From: the human T2T-CHM13v2.0 reference genome, Homo sapiens
Assembly: GCF_009914755.1 (NCBI RefSeq)
Contig: NC_060932.1
Length of the DNA stretch: 64,000 nucleotides
Direction: 5' to 3' (one strand)
Part shown: one piece after another, positions 56,965-64,000 of the stretch
Numbering within the stretch: position 1 is the first letter of the stretch
Layout: every line of letters starts with the position of its first letter
The notes under the pieces: generated by a model
Seen by the model: the letters and a program-made list of their open reading frames with translations, nothing else
Told to the model about the DNA's origin: nothing
The model's database searches: none
Made by a program: the position numbers and the translations under genes

Positions 56965-57800
56965 CACACCCCACATCCAATCTCCCAGGAAATTATTTTG
57001 ACCTGTTTTTTTCAAAATAGATCTAGAAAGTGACCAGTGACTTTTTCCCACCTTCTCTTCTACCACTGTTGTATGAAGGGCACTCACCTCTCACCTGGAT
57101 TGTTGCAGGAGCCTCCTAACCTCTACTCTTCTTGCATAATACCCAGTCCCCTCCACTGGCTGCCTCCCCAGCTCAGTAGTCACAGTAATCCTTTTAAAAT
57201 GTAAGCCAGATCAGGTTCTTCTGTTAAAAACCCTCCAGTAGCTGTCATCTCACTGAAAGTAAATGCCAAGATCTTGAAAATCTGCCCAAGGCCCTCCATA
57301 CCCCAGTTTTCCATCCTCTCTGACATCATTTCCTATTAGTCTTTCTGTGGCTCAGTCTGAGCTCCTTGATCTTCCTCTTACTCAACAAACACCTCCTGTT
57401 GGAGAGTCTTTGCACTGCTTACTTACTCCACTGGAAGCAACTGTGGTAATTCCTGGTCTATCCCAGATATACACATGGTTTATATCTCTCTTGCTTCAAG
57501 CCTTTGCTTAAATATTATCTTCTCAATCAAGCTTACGCTGGCCACTGTATTTAACATTACACATTGTCCGTCACTGCCTGCTTTCTGATTTTACTTATGC
57601 TTGTCTATTCTTTTCTGTAGCTTGTATCACTGTTTTATATTCCACAAAATTTACTTATTTATTATATTTACTATTTATTGTTCATCCTTTATTCATTCCC
57701 CCAATATATAGTCCAAGAATAAAAGGATTTATGTCTATTTGTTTCATGTATGTATCTCATTTGTAGAATAATAAATGTATGGTATCCCTTATACAGATAT
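56965..57800 (+). mobile_element. L2a-like LINE 3' region
   Basis: 'ctctcacctggattgttgcaggagcctcctaac...aatccttttaaaatgtaagccagatca...ctttgcactgct...ctttgcttaaatattatcttctca...tttgtagaata'. Confidence 0.75.
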
Positions 57801-58590
57801 TTTTGAGAGTGACAATTTCAAGAGAAACTTTAGAGAGAAGCACAGAGCCTGGCATAGAATACTTTTAATATGGAAAAAAAGGCAGAGAGGTACAAGCTAT
57901 TGAAAGAGAAATGAAATCAACAGAACTAAAACTTTGTTCCAAAGACTTATTTTAACCTCTAGTTTCTAAACACATTAACCACAGTAACTATTCATATTAG
58001 TTCTTTCTTGGTGCTTTCCTTGACATTTAAAAAATATTCTGATTTTAAATTTTAGTTATGTTGAAAGAGTGAATAACAGTAAGTAAAACAGAACAATGGC
58101 ATTGTTTCTGTTATAGTTTTTAATCTCCATCATTAAATGTTTCAGCTAAAAACAACATTCATTCTCTATTTTTCAATCAACTTATTTGCTGACAATGCAT
58201 TCTATGAAAGCTACAATTGTATGCCATCATTTGAAATCAGAGGAATAGATTTTTTTAATGGGCAAAAGCAGGATTTTTAATGGTGCAAAAGCACGTGTTT
58301 TGGTTTTAGAAGGGTGCATGGTAGTCCTGTACACCAGCTGCTTTTGTCCAGAGACAGGCACTGCAAATCAAAACCTCATACGCATGTATATTCCTTCTAG
58401 ATAGTTCCATTTGGCAGATACATGTTTACATGCCAATGTAATAAGGGCTGGGAGGTAAAGAGTATAGGGTACAGTTTAGATATTAAATTTGCAGTGTTCT
58501 CAGTTTTTCAGTCTTTCATTCAGAAAAAGTGCCTTAAATTTTGTGTTTCCACTCCTCTGGTTGGGTAGGAGGTGGCAGTATGCTTTTGGT

Positions 58591-58653
58591 GAAAGACAAA
58601 GTTGATGAGTACCTAGATGGGTACCTTGAAGAAAGACAAAGTTGATGGGTACC
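58591..58653 (+). repeat. 23-bp direct duplication (period 40) with an internal partial third copy
   Basis: GAAAGACAAAGTTGATG(A/G)GTACC at 58591 and 58631; GATGGGTACC between them. Confidence 0.9.
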
Positions 58654-58947
58654 ATTCATAGAACATTCCTTGAGGCCTTCGCTCTTGCCGTTTTTGAAGA
58701 AAGGCTTTAAGGATTGTGAAAAGTGGAAGTGGAATAAAATAGGAAAAAAACGTACTTTAAAATTATTTTTAGAGATTTCCTAGTGACAGGAACTGATGAG
58801 ATTTCAGTAGTTTTCTTATAGTGAGTCCCCTTATAAGGCATAAGTTATGTATATGACCTCAGATGAGAATGGGGGTTCATGGAGCATCTTGGGATGCTGA
58901 ACACTGATTTTCAAGACCCAGTCCTCATGGTAGAATCACCCCCAACC

Positions 58948-59026
58948 AACACACAAACACACACATACATATGCATACATGTATGCACATATATGCACAC
59001 ATACACACACACACACACACCACACA
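58948..59026. repeat. (CA)n/(CATA)n microsatellite
   Basis: Directly visible. Confidence 0.9.
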
Positions 59027-60695
59027 TCTATGACAGTGTGCAGCCACCTGCCTTTGAGGGCAGTGGGCAGAGGACCCTTCATTGAATGTTCAGATGACAT
59101 GACATGTCTACTCTTCTTATATAATACCCAAGAGGAAGTGCCATATTAAAGACTGGATACATTTTTTTCACTTTTGCCAGAAACATGAAGGCCTCAGGAG
59201 AAGTCATCTGACTTACAGAAAGAGAATAATATGATGTTCCTTGCTTCCAAGTTTTGCAGAATAAAAGTTACATCTGCTATAAATGGTTCAAAGGCAATTG
59301 AAAGGGGATTTAGGATTTATTGATTTAGTTCTCGTATGACTCTTTTTTTAAACCAGAAGAGATCCGGGCAAGATAATAGACCTGTAATTCCCTCCACCCA
59401 GTTACAATGAGCTGGGAATTTACATGGATTATCATAACTAACAAAAAGATCCCACTTTCTGTAAGACTTTCATATAATTCCAGTAACACATATTTGTGTC
59501 TACACAGTACCGTTTTTCAGAGCTTGGCCTCTAGCTCAAATCTACAGTCTATTCCTTCCAGAATGTTGAAATTGACTGCAAGTTCATGCATTTGATCTTT
59601 GCTTTCTAAAACTAAATGGAAAGAAAGGGATACTGAAGAATCTGGCAATTCAATCCACTGAGTGGAAAATCTGAAATGTTCCAGTCTTCAACATTTGCTT
59701 TTAGACTTACCGCAGAGATTATTTTTTAAAGCCTTAGCTGCTATTGCCTCTATTACATAACGCTTGGTACTGCACTCTGCTAAGAATAAACAAGCACAGA
59801 GGAGCACCAGTATTTCAGAAATGGATTCTGTGCTCTGTGGGTTCGTGGGAAACACTCTCTGTGGTTAATTCCCCTGGGCCACCCACCCCTGTGGCCTTAG
59901 GTCAGGAACTTCTTACCTGAAACAGTTCCTGGTGTTCTTCATAGTGTAATGGCAGGGCAAGCTTTAAGAAAAACCTTGGTCTTCAAAAAATTTTCAGTGT
60001 GGACACCAGGCACAAAGTGACTAAGCGCGAGGCTTGACCACATCACAGTGTGGGATTTGAGAATTCCCTTTTGGGAACCTCCAGTTCTTGAGAAAGGAGA
60101 AGATATTCTGTAAATGGGTTTAGATGTTTGCTAAGGATTTATTGCAACCATATTGCTCTAGGTTCTCTGTGTACATGCAGCAGGTATAGCCCCAATTTTA
60201 CCTTGACAAATAGGCAATGTTAGAAAACATCAAGACTCCATTTGAGCTTTCTTGAAAGCCAGGATTATTGATGGCATAATTTACAATCACACCTCATCTC
60301 TAGATTCTCACTATAACACAGCAATTTAGTTTATGCCTGCATCATGTCACATCAACAACTCACTTGGATTGCTCATGTCTTCCTATCACCAAAGCCGTTG
60401 AACTCTTTTTAGTTTTCTTCTATTTTATCTTTTCTCAATACCTGATGTGATTGACTAGTTTCTGTTTCTTGAAACTTTCTCCTCCCTTGACTTTCACAGT
60501 AACTGGTTCAACATTTTCTCAGTTCTTTTCATTTTAAGTACATTTTTATTGAATGACTATCCTGTATCATGAATTAATACAAAAAGTAGGAGTCATAATT
60601 TGTCCTTTTATGAATAATTTTTGCAGTACTGGGCATTGCCCTAAGTTCTTTGATTTTGGGAAGCTACATAGAAAAGTGTTTAAAATCGTGACAAA

Positions 60696-60968
60696 GCCAG
60701 TCATGGTGGCTCATGCCTGTAATCCTAGCACTTTGGGAGACCAAGACCAGAGGATTGCTTGAGGCCGGGAGTTTGAGACCAGCCTGGGCAACATAGCAAG
60801 ACCTCATCTCCACTAAAAAATAAAATAAAAATAAAAATTAACTACCCAATTATGGTGGCACGTGCCTACAATCCCAGCTACTTGGGAGGCTCAGACAGGA
60901 GAATTGCTTGAGTTCAGGAGGTTGAGGCTGCAGAGCAAGATCCTATCTCAAAACAAAAACAAAAACAA
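60696..60968 (+). mobile_element. AluJ-like with about 40-bp deletion in the right arm
   Basis: 'ggattgcttgaggcc...cctgggcaacatagcaagacc' (J diagnostics); 'gaggctgcag|agcaagatcc'; (CAAAAA)n tail. Confidence 0.9.
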
Positions 60969-61031
60969 CCATGGTTTTAGCTCTATACAATCAGTACATC
61001 TGGATTCAAATGGTAGCTCTGCCATTTGGTG

Positions 61032-61445
61032 GCTCTTAAGGATGGGATTCTCAGAGAACAGACTCTGAAAATGGGAATAGTTTGTAGGATGTTTACTAAA
61101 TAGTGCTGTTGAGATCAACACCTGTGGGGGTTAGGGAAGAAATCAGGTTTGGGCAAAAAGGGAAGTTGGCCGTGGGAACATCCAACAAAGCCAATCTTAT
61201 GAGGATGTCTGAAGCTGAAGCTGGGATAAACTTTCAGAGTTGCCTGAAGCTGGAGAGAGAAAGCCATACCTTTGCAAACTTGCATCTATCAATTTTTGGC
61301 TGTAGGCTGCCCCTGGGAAGGGGAGCATGACTTTGGGCAATGTGACTTCTAATGAGGCTGATTGCTGGGGGCTGAAGGCAGGAGCACAGCCAGATATTAG
61401 GGAAATATGCTGTGGTCCTAAAGGGAGTCTGGGTTGACTGTCACA
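61032..61445 (-). mobile_element. LTR16-like ERVL LTR inserted in a MIR
   Basis: 'cagactctga...gatcaacacctgtggggg...gggaagttgg...tctgaagctggga...ttcagagttg...ggctgccctgggaagggg'. Confidence 0.7.
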
Positions 61446-62760
61446 CCTTGGGATGAATGCTTGATATCCTTGGAAAAATTATTTAATCTTCCTGTGCTTC
61501 ACTTTCCACTGCTATAAAACAGGAATAACAATAGTATATATATATCACATGGTTTGTTGTGATTGCTTAAAACAATGTCTATCATATAGTAAGTGCCCAA
61601 TCAGTTGTGTTATTCCTTAGTCACTCAAGACACCTGGGAAAATAAAATGGTGCATGGAGATAAATTCAACAGATTTAACCTATATCAAAAGATATAACCT
61701 TGGACTTCTCCTAGACTGATGCCCACATTTAATTCATACATTTTATTAAGTTTTTCTTTTATATATATTTCATATTCATGACCCCTCTCTAGTCTCAATG
61801 ATATTTCCCTAGTTCAGATCCTTGTATGCTGTCATCTGGATTATGTCTTTATTTATTTATTTTTCTTTCTTCCTTCCAAATAATCCTTTGTAAATAGCTA
61901 GTGATCTTTTATGCAAATTCAAATCCAGTCATCAGTTTCCTCCTTAAAATTCCACAGCCAATAAGACAAAGTACACATTTGCTTTTCAGAGGGACAACAA
62001 TTTTTTCTTTTGCCACTTCCTTATATGTAGCTAATTCTCCAGCAACAGCTAATTATTTTGAACTCATCTTCTCAGGCTTTTGCATTGCTCTGGGACCTTG
62101 ACCAATTGTTTTGTGAGTTTAACTTCTCTGCACAGTTAAAATATCTTCTTTTCTATGAACCTTCCTCTGACTTATGTCTTTGAGTGCACTAACACCTTCA
62201 GATGTTCGTTTCTTTGGCTATGGAAGAATTACTCCCTCTCTCCTCGATGCTACCTTGCCTCTTCTATTCAAATTTTGGCTAAAACACTTAACAACTTGTA
62301 TTATAATGTGGTTCATTGAACTCTGGAATTGGAAAGTTCTGGGTTTAAATCATAACTCAGTTCACATTAGTGTAGTAGCCTTATTGCCTAATTTCACCCT
62401 TAATTTTCTCAGCTTACCTTGAAGGATCTGTGTCAAGGATCTGTGTGAGGATTAAATGAGAGAATGCACTCAAAATTCACAAAGCATGTACTCAGTTCTT
62501 AGCAGATATAAGGGTTATTGTATTCACCTACTTGTCTCCCCCATTTAGTACAAGGTCCTCAGGAGAAGGAGCCTTGTCTTATACATCTTTGTTTCTTGGC
62601 ATCTTAGAAGTGTGTCTGGCATATTAAATGAATAACTGCTAGATAAATAGCTAAGGAAAGATTTGATACATATCATATATTACATTGAAATTGCACAGGA
62701 GTATAAAGGACAGACTTTTGGGAAAAGTGAATGTCAAGTGTAAAAGACACATAAATATAA

Positions 62761-63115
62761 TGTATTAGTTCATTTACATGCTGCTTATAAAGACATACCC
62801 GAGACTGGGAATAAAAAGAGGTTGAATTGGACTTAACAGTTCCATATGGCTGGGGAGGCCTCAGAATCATGGTGGGAGGTGAAAGGTACTTCTTACATGG
62901 TAGCAGCAAGAGAAAATAAGGAAGAAGCCAAAGAGGAAACCCCTGATAAACCCATCAGATCTCGTGAGACTTATTCACTATCAGGAGAATAGCACGGGAA
63001 AGATCAGCTACCATCATTCAATCACCTCCCCCTGAGTCCCTCCCACAACATATGGGAATTCTGGGAGATACAATTCAAGTTGAGATTTGGGTGGGGACAC
63101 AGTCAAGCCATATCC
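62761..63115 (-). mobile_element. THE1A/B-like solo LTR
   Basis: 'tgtattagt...aaagacatacccgagactgggaataaaaagagg...ggaaacccctgataaacccatcagatctcgtgagac...gccatatc'; TSD TATAA/TGTAA. Confidence 0.92.
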
Positions 63116-63291
63116 TGTAAAGGGTTATTATATGTTTTCTAAAATGAAAATGCTCCATAATCTATGTGAAGGCTGTTTCAAAGGTTAATTAATAGGTGGT
63201 CATGTCATCTTAGGTAGGTAAACATTATTTTCCCTTGCTGACAAGAATAAAAATCACTATGGCTAGTTAACAGTGGTAACTAGTAATTAAT

Positions 63292-63780
63292 GGTATTTGT
63301 TCATTTATTCATTACTTTATTCAACAATTATGTGTTGAGCATCTACTACATGTTAATGGTGCTAGATGCAAGTAATTCAAAGATGAATAAAGGGAAATGT
63401 GGCTCCAGCTCTCACAAAATCTACAGTCATTAGGGAGATGACTGTTACAGCACTGAGCAAAGACAGTCAATGGGGTAAGTCCTCTCGCAGGGAATGTGCA
63501 ACATGTAACAGGGGCACCTCACTAGCTGCGGGGAGTCATGCCACAGTGGTTCAGAGCACAGGGTTCCCAAAGGGATTTCTAACCTGTATTAAGCCTTTAG
63601 ACTTTATGCAAGGGTATGTGAGAGTTGAAGCAGGAGGAACTTAATTAGTGCGGGAGTAACATCATCAGATTTTCGTTTTGCAAAGGCCATTCTGACTTCT
63701 TCGTGGATATTAGATTATAAAAAGGCAAAAGCTGAAGCCAGCACAATCATCTGGGAGACGATCAGCAATCTGGACAATCA
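63292..63780 (-). mobile_element. L2 LINE 3' end
   Basis: 'ttcattt...attcaacaattatgtgttgagcatctacta...gtgctagatgc...aagatgaataa'. Confidence 0.65.
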
Positions 63781-64000
63781 AGTCTTCAGTCTCTGAATCT
63801 GGATCTCCATTCACTATTTCTTTGTCTTTCAAGACATGGGTATTATGCTATATGAAAATAGGAGATAATAGGAGTCAGGACCGTAGGTATTATGATAATA
63901 AGGACTATGTGATTATATACAGACACACACACACACAAAACAATAAGTGTAAAGAAACCTATTGGAGTCATCTTGTCCATCACACTCACGTTTAGATGGA

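Noticed and set aside
62422-62447. Short tandem duplications (AAGGATCTGTGT x2; also 28713-28746, 7818-7850, 17520-17541)
   Set aside because: Ordinary slippage-sized repeats or internal element repeats

Overview
AT-rich, CpG-poor primate (most likely human or hominoid) genomic DNA, intergenic or deep intronic, and dominated by interspersed repeats (Alu, L1PA/L1M, L2, MIR, MaLR LTRs, DNA-transposon MITEs). I recognise no intact host protein-coding exon. The recognisable gene-derived elements are both retrocopies. One is a full-length U6 snRNA fused directly to a 5'-truncated young L1 (L1PA3-like) inside a single target-site duplication, i.e. a U6/L1 chimera, at 10938-12234; its ORF2 C-terminal 286 codons are still open. 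The other is an old, disabled processed pseudogene of GABARAPL2/GATE-16 on the minus strand (16422-17368). The most unexplained structure is at 37.9-40.3 kb: a perfect 44-bp inverted repeat inside an ancient L2, flanked by two nested ~91-92% identical direct duplications (A-B-hairpin-B'-A'). I found no evidence of a wholly new biological system. Repeat subfamily names come from remembered consensus features, not a database search, and boundaries of old repeats are approximate.
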